From Rotaria socialis (taxonomy: Eukaryota): a DNA stretch of 64,000 bases. A program made the translations under genes and the position numbers. The stretch covers positions 1-64,000 of the forward strand of contig CAJNYD010000003.1 in assembly GCA_905331295.1 (NCBI GenBank), read 5' to 3'. The notes beneath the pieces are model-generated. The model searched no databases. It was not told the origin of the DNA and saw only the letters and a list, made by a program, of their open reading frames with translations. Positions 24,833 through 36,787 of this stretch are shown here, in pieces. Position 1 is the first letter of the stretch. Every line of letters begins with the position of its first letter.

Positions 24833-27769
24833 TTAAGATAATGTTGCTATAAAATGATATACAAATGAACCAATAATACCAAAAAAACAACCGGCAAATA
24901 TAAATAATTGTAAGATAACAGCCGATGTAGTTGATAGATGAGGTTCAACCGATCTATACAACATAAATGCACGAACAATCGAAATTTCACATAAAAATAA
25001 AACGAAGTTCTAACTTACTTTGTTGTTAACATTTGTAAAAGTGAATTAAAATATCCATGTGTAAATCCAAAGACGATGACAAGTGTCATAAAAATATAAT
25101 CATTATGAATCAATACTGGTAAATTATGTCGTGAATATGGTTCAAAATTAACGAACAGACATACAATCAGTGCTAGTATAGCACGTAAAAAGACAAAAAC
25201 CGATATCCATCGTGAATATGGCTACATTAAATAAATATATAGATCAAATATAAACAAATAATTAATTTAAAATTTACTTTTTTAATGCAACCTGCAAGAA
25301 AATTTCCAAGCAGATTAAATAAAGCAAAATTGAATAGAACAACTCCATCGGCAAACGCAAGATCTATTTATAAGAAAAATTCTTTTAATCATGAATATAT
25401 CGATTTTTATTGATAGATTATTTTACTTAAATTAAGAAAGTTTGGTGTAACACTTTGTACTTGACTGAGAATACTAGGAAAAAGAGTAACCGTAGAAAAA
25501 TAATGTAACCAAATAGATAAACATGGAAGCCAAATCTAAAGTAGAATCAATAGTAGGAATTGTTTAAATATGAACTTCTTTTCTTCTTCTGTTTTTTATG
25601 TACTTGTTTCAACGCCTTTCCATATGGAACATGAAGTAAACGTCCTTTTGTTGTATTTAATAAGTCGATTTTGATTGATGAATGATAAAATCGAAATAAT
25701 CGCTATGACAAAATAGATAATTTAAATAAATAAAACGAAAACAAACTTCATATTTTTGTACTAACCGAATAGGGAAATGCAAAATAGATGTCAAAGCAAA
25801 ATAGAAGCGTAACAATAGCAGAGACAAGAAAATAGATTGCAGTCACTCTTGGATCATTCGAATCTAGGAGAAAATGCATAAAATAAAATAAAAATGATGA
25901 TTGCATAAAACACAGGAAGGACATTTATGTCTCTTCGCTAACTATTAACTATAGACGGTTAGCTATATTGTTTTTTATTTTTCTGTATGATTATTCGGAA
26001 ACTGTTCAAGTATTAGGAATGAATTTCGGTACTATTCAATTGAGTTTAATTTCCTCTTTGGCTCAAAGTCAAGCAGGGAAAAGGATGTTGATTATGTTTT
26101 GATTTTAACAGGAGATTAGACTGGATTTCCGTTGATATAAATTTAATTTTAAACGTTGATTCATTATTGCAACGGTTTCTTTTTTCTTTACAAAATTTTC
26201 TCAGCACTTCTTTAGAAAGTTTCTAATTTCGATTTTTCAAAAGATTATTTAAAGTATTTGTGTTCTACAAATCTACAATATGAACGAACTTGTAGAATTT
26301 CGATAATTCCGTGTCTTGAATACTAAGAAACTATATGAATATTTTTCAAAATTGAAGACTTCGATTGGAAGAAAGGTATATATACGAAATTTTCTCAAAG
26401 AAACAGTGATAAGACAAAAACCTTGGTAATTTTATTGGGTGATAATGAATACTTTTCAATTACTGTTGGATGTACATTGCTTTCTCCGGTTCATGTTTCG
26501 CGGTCACATTATATATAATATGAATAATTTCAACAAGATACTATTTTTAATTTACACAGAAAGTGAAAAACGACTTCTTCTACGTTCTTTCTATTATGTT
26601 TTGAACCTTCATCGTCTAATTTTTCTGTATTGAATATTTTTCTAGTAATTTTATAAATATTTTAAAATTTCCATTTCATATTTTATACTTACAGTATTTA
26701 AAAGCGATTCTACTACAAATAGCAATCAAAATGCCAAGTGACTAAATATCCAACAGAGAAAAGAAAGATTTTTCAATCGTTAATTTGTAATCATATTATA
26801 GTTCACACCTACTGTGCCTATAACGAGTGCATTGACATATCGGTCAGGAAAGTATGAAACAATGCCTGAGATGCTTGATAGATAAAGGCCAATAAAAGCT
26901 ATACAATAAATTCACTTTAACAAAATAATACATGCTACTATATATTTTCTTTTACCTCCAATAATTACAATATTAAGAATCGTTATACAGAGAAAAACAC
27001 CTGAAGCTGCAAAAGAAACAAAACAAATGTAGTTTTTTTTTATCAATGGCAAAACTATTCGATTTTCTTACAATCGCGAGCATCAAATATAGCAAATAGC
27101 ACCTGCAAAATGAACATAATAATAAGCACAACAATTGATGGAATAATCCGTCGCTTTGTATCTCCACTAAAATGAATAGAAATATAATTTATTATAATTA
27201 TTTTAATAATAATTATGCATATGCATATATATGTATATATATATATTTACTGGAAGCCAATGAAAAGGCCAATACCAGTAGAGACTAAAGCCGCAAGTAG
27301 AGCAGCTAGAGCACAAAAGCTCAAGAAATATTGGCGATAAATATCCGAATCATCACCAAGAAATTTGCAACAAACAAAATACTAAATAATATAATAGAAA
27401 AAAAAACATAATATAATATTAATGAAATTATTTTATAATTCAGTTAAATAGTTTTTATGTAAATAATATTACAAAAAAAGCAAAGTTGATCGATTATGAA
27501 TAAAGAAGTGTTAATAATAGAACGTTAACTCAATTAAGAAAATGCTGAATGACTTACTTCATAACTGTGAAATAATAAATTCCATGGTAAAAAACAACCA
27601 AGGCCATGGAGAACAAATGCGAAAAAGATCCCAAAGCATCTTTTATTTTTAAAATAAAAATCAGCATAAAATTTCATGTTACATAATATGTGTTCTCTTA
27701 CCTATCACTAGGTATCCGATAAAATGTATCGGATGTAATAACAATAGTATCAACTGGTTTACCAAGCAT
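24833..27769 (-). CDS. SLC29A: Equilibrative nucleoside transporter (SLC29/ENT family), many short exons
   Basis: Minus-strand exons give FVLHGLGCFLPWNLLF (ENT TM1 LPWN motif), further hydrophobic helices, and a C-terminal SVEPHLSTTSAVILQLFIFAGCFFGIIGSF...TLS stop. Largely missed by the ORF track because the exons are short. Confidence 0.85.
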
Positions 27770-30700
27770 TTTAATATTATATTTTTATCTTATTCTTTTG
27801 TCATTGTTTACATAAGGTAATTTTTCTTATTCATATAGTCGATTAGAATGAATTTGAGGATAAATGTGAATAATCTATTGAATAACTATCAGTTATAGAA
27901 CGATAATTGTAGTTGACTTCATTGTCGGACATACTACAAGAAAAATATATATGGTAATGAATAGGAGAACATGAATAATAATAATAGTGATTCAAGCGTG
28001 AAATTAGAAGTCATTTTCTATGTTTTCTTCATTCATGTGATTGGTATCCCAAATAGGTCCAAAATCAGTCGTGTTCTTCATGCGTTCTCTTCCTCGTTTT
28101 TTTCTTCGACTAGCTTCTCTACATAAAACTCTGGCATGCAAAGAAAACGAGAGAATACTAATGGTGCTTTTGTCTGTCTTGCGTCGTGTTCTGTTTCCAA
28201 TGACCTTCGCCAAATATCGAGATAATTGCAAAGCAATCTTCTATTTTTTCTTTTCCTTTCTTTAGTTGTTTGTTACTCATAAGATGTTTCTCTTGTCATT
28301 CTATTTATTGTTCTATCTACCAATATTCTTATACATAATAAAAAAAAGTGCATGCGAAATTTCTTCTGTCTACTTCTCTGGTAGATTGAAGTTAATCATA
28401 GATATTCAGTCTTTATATTAATGTACGATAATATTTGGTCTCTTATTACAGAAAAAAAAACAAATAAGGACGTTTTATCATTTCTAGGATGTTACTCCAG
28501 AATCAACATTTGTCTATCAAGCTTGCACTAGTATGTCACTTTTTCACGGACGTCAAGGTTTCTTTAGATAGAAAACAGAAACTATGCAAAAAATAAAACT
28601 ACTAGATGCCTACCAGTTGAAGAATACTACTTCTTTATCAAGACTACTGCTGATCTAGTCTTTTTTTCAGTATACACTCATACATACGCATATACATAAA
28701 TATATATATTGCAATAATGATGACGTGACATACTAGCCATATACTTTTGTACATGAAGAAAGAGAGGAACAACAAAGCAGGAAAAAAAAGATTATATTGC
28801 AACATTCAACATGAATACAATACTGAATGGGAAAAAAAAGAATATATAAAGAAAAAAAATTCTCTTTTATAAAGGAGCCGCATAAATTGGAGTAAATATC
28901 TTCTTCCACTAAAATATTTATGACTCAAGTTCTGACAATAAAATATGCATAAAGAGTAGCAATCAACTAATAACAGAATGAATGAATAAAATATACGTTG
29001 AAATATTAACTAAACCGTCAATATACTATAAAATACACAATAGAATGTTGATGATAACAACGAATGATGCCAAGATTTACTGAACACTCCATTCGCATGA
29101 ACATGTATTTTCATATTTCTGTACACCCCTTTTTCTCTCTCGTTCCTTTATTCGACTGAAAGACATTCATGTTCTCATGACTCGTTTTTTTTTCTAGTAG
29201 AACTTGACATATTCTTCATCATTTACATTGTGACACATAAGCATGCACTTGTAAAGAACTACCGCAGACGTTAGTTAAAATGTAAATGTGTGAGGAAAGA
29301 GAATGTAGCTGCAACAGAATTTATTGAACTCGAAAACAAGTGTACAGCAACATAAAGAGAAGAAAAAAGGATCGATGTTTTAGTGCATTCTTTCATGATT
29401 GTTATGAATACGGGATAACTGCGGTGAACTTAAGACTAGAATTATTTGATCTTTCATGCTTATTTTCAATTCTACGGATGAATAAAAATCTACTTTTACT
29501 AATTGTGTGAGTGATGATTCTTCATCATAGTAAATAGTACATCTCCGATAACTTAGTTTACAACAGAACCTTGACGATTAATAGAAATGAAACATCTGAA
29601 GAAAGTAAATGAAGAAAAGAAATATTTTTGCCTTTTACAATATGCAACAGCATTATTTTATCTTTTTCTATTCTTTTGCCAGTAGTTATGAACATCATCT
29701 GCTTCTTTAATTTTTACGTGCCTGGATCTTTATTACGCAATAGTCATCTTTACAATTATAGGGTTGATACAACAGCTAACATCACTCTTACTGTGTGTAC
29801 GTTTGTCAATATAATCGTTACTATAGACTAATCGTTTTGATCAACTTGTCTACACATGTACAGATATATACATAGTAATATTGTATAGATGAACATACAT
29901 AGTTACTTTTATACCAGTACATCAATATGACGTATGAAACAAACGAAGCAAATGATACACACACACATACAGCAAGAAGAGAACAATTGAAGTTATATGC
30001 ACAGAAGTAGACATAGGAAAGTGTAAAGTAGGCTGAACAAGGACAACTGTTCGTTTATTTTCTTTCGATGCATTTTATTTATAGATACCATTGTATTTAG
30101 ATTACATAACAAAAAAAATTGACACTTATACGATCTAATAATTATATCCACTATTGTTATCATCATAGGAAATCTTAAAACTGTTGCTTTTTTGTTTAAA
30201 TTAAAAGACAAATCATAAACAGTAGTACTCTTTTGAATGCTAAGACATTAATTTATATTTGATGTATTTTAAAATAATTGGAACTTTTTATCATCGCAAA
30301 GAAAAGAATTCAAAATAAAACTATTTTTTGACACATATCAGCTTTTGCTACTGTCTCAATGATGTTGCGTGATCGATATAATATTATCTATGTCTCTGTG
30401 GGTAATCATTTGACCACAGCTGTCCATATGATTGTGACAATATGTTAGAGTATAAACAAAATATACACATGACAAGGAAGAGCCATTGCATCAAATAAAT
30501 AATAACTGAACGTAAACATAATAAAGATGATTGCATGAAATCTATTGCATAAGAAAAAAATAAAAATATTTTAGGCAACTTTTGGAAGAAAAATATGAAA
30601 TCAGAATTGACTAACGAGAAGAAAAATATATGCCTTTTAAGCAAATATATCTATTATTTGTTAATTTTAGATCATGTCATCATGATAGTTTCAAAATAAT

Positions 30701-31018
30701 GTTATATTCTATTTTTACTAGAAAACTCGATTATACAAAATAAACGAATCATCATTCTATAATATTTCACAATCTGACAGAGATCATACAAGCATCTAAA
30801 TATTCGAACTATTGATTGATTTTATTTCATTTATTACAAAAATATTCTTCTACGTGAAAAATAATCCTAAATCGTTTTGTACAAAAAATCAGATTACAAT
30901 TTGATGAATGTAAATCGTTTTATTGTTATGAATTTCTATCTATTTATCATCCGAGCTGAATTACATTGTTTCGATATGTATTTATATATCGACGAGTGTG
31001 TGTGTTTTGATTCTCATG

Positions 31019-31138
31019 TCAGTAGTCATCATTCTTCAAGCAGGAGCATTGAAGCAATGAGAAACACACCAAGCAAATGGCCATGATAGTGGCAGTAGTT
31101 AGAATGACAGCTGTTGCTATTTCCCATCTCAAAGGCAT
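31019..31138 (-). CDS. Putative 39-aa single-pass membrane micropeptide MPLRWEIATAVILTTATIMAICLVCFSLLQCSCLKNDDY
   Basis: ATG-to-TGA ORF in a locally GC-richer island; about 22 hydrophobic residues followed by a Cys cluster; candidate 5'-UTR intron with AAAG|GTAGA donor near 31245. Confidence 0.5.
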   Translation of the reverse strand: MPLRWEIATAVILTTATIMAICLVCFSLLQCSCLKNDDY

Positions 31139-32520
31139 TGTCAAACTTATCAAAATTGACGATTATTCCTTTTGGCAAACGCCTAAATATTTATCTCATC
31201 GAGTTTATAAACTAAAAAGAATTAAATTATTAAATTAAATTCTACCTTTTGAAATCGAGAAACGTAAAAAACGAGTTCTCAAAGCGCCGGTAACGTGTTT
31301 TTTTCTGTAAATTTCTATAACAAAAATATTCCTCTGACTGAATAAAGTCTAGTGATGAAAAAGTAACTAATCAAATGAGTTTTTTTTCTTATTTAATTTT
31401 GTCGTATATTAACGAAATGCAGCGACCATTTGTTCTCGCTTTCTTCGAAAGGAATTCATCTTACAATCGAATGCCTAAGTAAACATTACAACTGCAAATC
31501 ATGCACATTTTTATGTTCTTGCAATATTTATTACCAGTTATTTCATTGCTATTAGCATTGGTCTTCTGTTTTGCATCATAATCAGCATGATGATTACATA
31601 ATACATTTATCATAATTATTAGCCTATTACCAAGTAACATTTATCTTACATTCGATAGTATCATTCTGTCTTACTAATAACAAGAAGATCAAAACAATGA
31701 TTGTAGTTTGTTTTATGAGAGATATAGTATCATAGGCCTTGGCAATATAATTAGAGAAGACAATTAGATTTATATCAAATACACGAAAATAATTGATAAT
31801 CAATTGAAAAATTTTTACATTTCAAAACTAGTAGTATTACTAAATGCTATTAAAATACGGTTATGATCTAGATCGCTTGGTTCAAAATCATTACCGATCA
31901 CAATAGTACTTTCAACATGTACCAAAAAGAATATGTTTAATTTTGACTATCTTTTTTCCTACATCTTAGTACGTTACAATAATGTTCATTAATTATGTAT
32001 TGTACAGTTTATGCAGTAAACATGGAATTTTCGTCAAACATATTGTAAAATCAAAAGATAAGAGATCTGAGAAAGATTAGCTTACGTGCTAATCGATCAA
32101 TTCATTTGATAAATTATAATTTCACTGGAAAGCAATAATTATTCATTATCGTTAAATAGGTCAAAGGTCTTCAAACCTCATCGCTACTAAACCACTGTAC
32201 TACACATATAAATCAATAATGTCAACTGAAAAATAGATTGCAAATCGAAACTTAGAATCTAGTTTCTGTTGTCTTCCACAAATATGATAGTAATGAAAGA
32301 TGAACTCACAAATATATCACATCGAAACACAATATCGAAAAAAACTAAATTCTTCATATCACATATTTAAATAAATGCATTTTTTGCATCAATATTTCCT
32401 ATCATATGTTTTTCAAAAAGAACAGATTTTATTAATATTTTTAAGTCTAATGGTGTGAAAAAAGTATACATATATATATTGTTGTAATTGATCAAAAGAA
32501 AAAAATATCTCAAATCATTT

Positions 32521-32715
32521 TTAAAAATAACTACAGCTACTCTCGTCAGATTTATGTGGTGTACCGCAGGTGTTGTCTTTGTTGTTATCTTGTTTAAAGT
32601 TTGAGTGAACTTGGCTGTCGATGTAAGTGTGCGATCGTATGTTTGTTATGGAATTGTCATTTACTTTTTTCATTGTATCACCTTCAAATGTATGGGCGGT
32701 ACCAATACTAGACAT
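32521..32715 (-). CDS. Possible 64-aa hydrophilic protein ending in a CaaX-like motif (CSYF)
   Basis: True ATG in AAATAATGT context; polar composition unlike AT-rich spurious ORFs; ends DESSCSYF-stop. Confidence 0.3.
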   Translation of the reverse strand: MSSIGTAHTFEGDTMKKVNDNSITNIRSHTYIDSQVHSNFKQDNNKDNTCGTPHKSDESSCSYF

Positions 32716-34821
32716 TATTTATTTTGTTTATTGGTAATAAATTGAAATAAAAAAAAAAGAAACAATAAAATTATTTGTGTGAATTCGTTGCTCTTGTATA
32801 GAACTCGCTTAAAAGGAATTAAGCAAAGAACGAAATGTATGTTTTCTGTCTAATAAAGACAAGTCAATTGGTACGATTCATTGTTAGTAGTTCTATTTCT
32901 TCTTAAACTATCGTCTGTCTTGAAATTAATTTTATTTTTCAAATAAAAGAAAAATAATCAATGAAAATATACTAACCGAACATACTATTATAAATTTGCG
33001 TGCATGTATTTGCTATAAAAAAAAGCAAGATGAAAAAATATTACTATGATCGAAATCGAACATACAGTTCATAAAGTTGAGATAAGAAAACTCTTTAGAA
33101 TCTCAACTTTTCGCTAAAGAGGTGTGTTTTTTGTGAAATTAAAAATAAATATTGATGATGAAAACACTTTTTAACTAAAAAAAAAGCAAATGGCATGAGA
33201 AACCTTTTGAAATATTGATTGCGTCGCTTTTAAGATGAATGTGGAAATTGATGGTAATGAAAAACGATCTTCCGATTCTAGTCAATACGAGATGAAATAA
33301 AACAATTATTTCTAATGATATTGTGCTAATTATATGGTCTATTTTCATGCGCAAGCCTGTCATATATTAAAATTCGACCCATCATGAAGCAATTGATTTT
33401 ATTATGAGTGCTCTACTATTTTAAGATCGGCGCTGGACAAATCTAGTATCACATCAGCGTTAGGATATTCATTTTTCAAAAATTATAAATGGAAATGGTA
33501 CTATTCAAGTTTTCTTCTTTTAAATTTTATCTTCTAACGTTCCAAATGACCATAAATGAGTGTTAATACTTGTAAAAACGTTGATTTAACACATTGAATA
33601 AAGATTAAAAACCAAAACCAAAATTGATTTTGGTTTTGATTTTATTTTGCTCATGATTGTTTCAAAGTCACAAAATCATAGAGGCTGTTTTCTATTGACT
33701 ACGGAAAATATCCCTTTACGCGATTTGATTAGAACTAGCTATGTGTGTGTCAACTGCTATATAAAATCAAACAACAAAACGATTTCATAAAAGAGTGACA
33801 GGAGTACGATAAAATATCATTAATTTGTTTCAAATAAAACTAAACGCTTGAAATGATATTCTTGAGTTTTTATGATTTAATATATATCTAAATATTGATG
33901 AAAATCAATAAATAGAAGTAGGCAGATTTTCAGAAATGAAAAGAGCTTATTCATTAAGATTGAGAAACACAAATGTGCTAATTACATAACTCATTTATCT
34001 TGAACCTGAACATACTTCTACAGTATACCTATAGAAATATTCATCGATATCAACAGAATTTTTGAAGGTTATTGACTATGAATGCAACTATTATTGTTTA
34101 ACAGTGTCAAATCAACATGTGAAGCATGATGCTGCTTTTACTGGCAGCCAACTAATTCATACACATTTCTTCATCACTTAGTCCGTTAGAACAACAGTAG
34201 AAAAAAATATACTATTCGCTTTTACTCTAACAAGAAACAAATGTTCTATGGTCTTCGAGTGTCTCTGGTAGCTGTCTCTTACGGCTGGTGATTCCAAGAG
34301 AAATCAAGACAGACTGAGTCCAAACAGCTAAGTGTGGACATCAGACTCAATATATATTTTCTAAAAAGTCAGAACAACTTTCTTTTTTAGTGATAGTGCA
34401 GAGCTGTTAATTGATAAAAAGTTAAAAAAGAAATCACTGAACATCTCACCATCAACAATCTAGACAATCATTCATCTTTTCGCACACTAGTGATCAGTCA
34501 CATATTATTATATTTTTCTCTCTTTCTCTCGCACGTGGTGTTGTTTATCTTTACTACTATCACCACCACATCTTCATCACCAACGGTTAGGTGATGAAGA
34601 TGATCCCGGATTCAACACCCCCACCAGATTTAACAACATTTTTCAATGGTTTCTCGAATGAAGAACTTCATCAAATTGGTTTAGCCCTTATTCAACAATC
34701 GCAACACTCCGTTCAATTGCAGCAACATATTCATCATCCAGCGTCGTCATAACAGTCACCCCGTCGTCTACCTCGTCCTACCCGTCCGTCTCTCGAAACT
34801 ATTTCTTCTATTCCTCCTCTT

Positions 34822-36393
34822 ATGAATCATCAGCCAAATTGTTCAGAAGTACGTCCTCTTATGGAACAACAAACCACCCCTGTCACTTCCACTCCAAGAC
34901 GTCCAGCTAGTGACAGTTTCGATAATAGTGATAGTAATCGTCAACGTATGAAAAAACGCCTGAGAATCAACGATCATCCACCTCGTAATGAACAAGTCGA
35001 ACAACATCAGCTTCCTACACTCGCTCCTCCTCACCATCACCAACATTCTTTCAATATGAACGTTCTTAAACGGGCAGTTACCAGTAATCTACCTTGTTTT
35101 TTCATCATCTTCGATGCTTCTGTGGAGCCTAAAAATATTCCGTCCAGCATCCAAGTTGCTATTATGCTCAAGAAATTATTTGTCCAGAATCAAATTCCTA
35201 TTAAGGAACTGTCGATGTGTGTACAAGCAGGTGAACGAAGATTTAAATTTGCTGTAGGTGATAAAACGGATTTTTTAACTCTGTTCAATTGGACCTGGCC
35301 TGAGGAAATTGAAGATAAAAAAGCTGAATTTATCAAACCTCACACTTTGCCTGATTGCTATGCCTTGGTAGTACGTTACGTTCCTTTAGATATTAATCAA
35401 GATATTGCTCGGCAACAAATCTTAAAGACAATTCCTGCTGCAGTTGGTTTCTCGTCTATTCATTATCACCATCGTCAACGGCCATCATATGATATTCGAT
35501 TTACGGTTCGTAACCTCGAACAATATCAAACAGCTCGTGAACTAGGTAGATTATCGATTGGGCAACATTATCTACCTCTTACAACATTTCTTACTGGTTA
35601 CCGTCTAACTTATTGTACTGCCTGCTGGAAAATCGGTCACTTCAGAGACAAATGCCAATCACCGGTCTGTTGTCGTAAGTGTTTAGTCCCATATACTAAT
35701 GGAGTAAAGCACAGCTGTCAAAATGATACCTTTAACTGCGCTCAATGCAGTGGAAGCCATTTCTCCCTCGATTCAATCTGTCCTGTTGTAAAAAAATATA
35801 GAGAAGATCTTAAATTAGCTGTTGATAAAGCATTAAACTCAGGTGCAATCAAAAGATCAACACCAGGGGAAGTATCTCGTCCATTTCAACAACATGCAAA
35901 TGACTTTCCGTTATTAAATCAAGCTAAGGTAAATAGTCATTCAGCATGGGCTACATCTGACAATGAATCTCTCCATTCTCATCTGAAAAAGGAGATGAGT
36001 GATCTTGTTGCAACGATCAAAGCTCTTTCAGAGACTATGATTCGGACGGAGAAATCCTTTAACGATTTGAATAGCCGTATCGAACTTCAACATAAAAGCA
36101 CTTTACTCCATTGCAATAGTATATGTGCTATTATCGATACGGTACAAACTATGTCTAGATGGGTGCAGGGTAATAGTAATGAAAGATCCAAATTAAAGAA
36201 AAATATTATCAAGTCAATTGAAGATCTTCAAAAATGGAGAAAACAATTGGATTCGAACAAAAACAACGAATCCATAGCTTCCATTTCTTCTCCCCAACAA
36301 ATTACAACTAACAACATCATCGATAACAACCATAACGGGGAAGTAGAAATAAATGACGATTTTTCAATGAACTCTCTAGGACAAGATGTCTGA
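34822..36393 (+). CDS. LINE ORF1 gag-like nucleic-acid-binding protein (523 aa; the frame probably began at 34594)
   Basis: Three Cys/His knuckles (CTACWKIGHFRDKC; CRKC...HSC; CAQCSGSHFSLDSIC), an RRM-like region before them, and a C-terminal coiled-coil-like segment. Confidence 0.85.
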   Translation: MNHQPNCSEVRPLMEQQTTPVTSTPRRPASDSFDNSDSNRQRMKKRLRINDHPPRNEQVEQHQLPTLAPPHHHQHSFNMNVLKRAVTSNLPCFFIIFDASVEPKNIPSSIQVAIMLKKLFVQNQIPIKELSMCVQAGERRFKFAVGDKTDFLTLFNWTWPEEIEDKKAEFIKPHTLPDCYALVVRYVPLDINQDIARQQILKTIPAAVGFSSIHYHHRQRPSYDIRFTVRNLEQYQTARELGRLSIGQHYLPLTTFLTGYRLTYCTACWKIGHFRDKCQSPVCCRKCLVPYTNGVKHSCQNDTFNCAQCSGSHFSLDSICPVVKKYREDLKLAVDKALNSGAIKRSTPGEVSRPFQQHANDFPLLNQAKVNSHSAWATSDNESLHSHLKKEMSDLVATIKALSETMIRTEKSFNDLNSRIELQHKSTLLHCNSICAIIDTVQTMSRWVQGNSNERSKLKKNIIKSIEDLQKWRKQLDSNKNNESIASISSPQQITTNNIIDNNHNGEVEINDDFSMNSLGQDV

Positions 36394-36463
36394 CTTCTCT
36401 TCTCTTCTTAATGTTCATGCTCGTCCCTTTTTTCCTCCTTCTACCTACCACCTTCCCTCATTA
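36386..36463 (+). CDS. Start of presumptive LINE ORF2 (endonuclease-RT expected but not visible); only 26 codons before the gap
   Basis: ATG overlaps the ORF1 stop (ATGTCTGA); reads MSDFSSLLNVHARPFFPPSTYHLPSL. Confidence 0.55.
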
Positions 36464-36563
36464 NNNNNNNNNNNNNNNNNNNNNNNNNNNNNNNNNNNNN
36501 NNNNNNNNNNNNNNNNNNNNNNNNNNNNNNNNNNNNNNNNNNNNNNNNNNNNNNNNNNNNNNN
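36464..36563. other. Scaffold gap (100 N)
   Basis: Run of N bases. Confidence 1.
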
Positions 36564-36649
36564 GATTACAAAGAATCTTGTCTGATATTCAAGGAAAACA
36601 AGAATCTGGACAGATCGAAGTCAAGATCGTCGACTAGTGCACATCTTAA

Positions 36650-36787
36650 AAATTTCACTGTGACCACGTTACCGTGGTCGTGACTAATAAAAAATTTTCT
36701 CGTGACCATGACCGTGACCGTGGTCAGAGCTAACTTTTTTCTTTTATCAGTGATCGTGACCAAAAAAGTCGGTTACGCACTTCCCTA
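36650..36787. mobile_element. Terminus of a hAT-like DNA transposon
   Basis: Clustered GTGACC/GTGGTC subterminal motifs ending in GGTTACGCACTTCCCTA (reverse complement TAGGGAAGTGCG, a hAT-like TAGGG start). Confidence 0.55.

Larger units (their letters stand above)
34250..36463 (+). mobile_element. 5' portion of a non-LTR (LINE) retrotransposon (jockey/I-group-like two-ORF layout), truncated by an assembly gap; 5' boundary approximate
   Basis: Intronless, higher-GC ORF1 with zinc knuckles, an overlapping second ORF, and a pyrimidine-rich leader. Confidence 0.8.

Noticed and set aside
28004..28265. Overlapping opposite-strand ORFs upstream of the ENT gene
   Set aside because: Non-ATG starts and no motifs; more likely promoter or 5' UTR sequence.
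36386..36683. ORF-track entries spanning the N gap
   Set aside because: Artefacts of translating through Ns; the sequence after the gap is not demonstrably contiguous.
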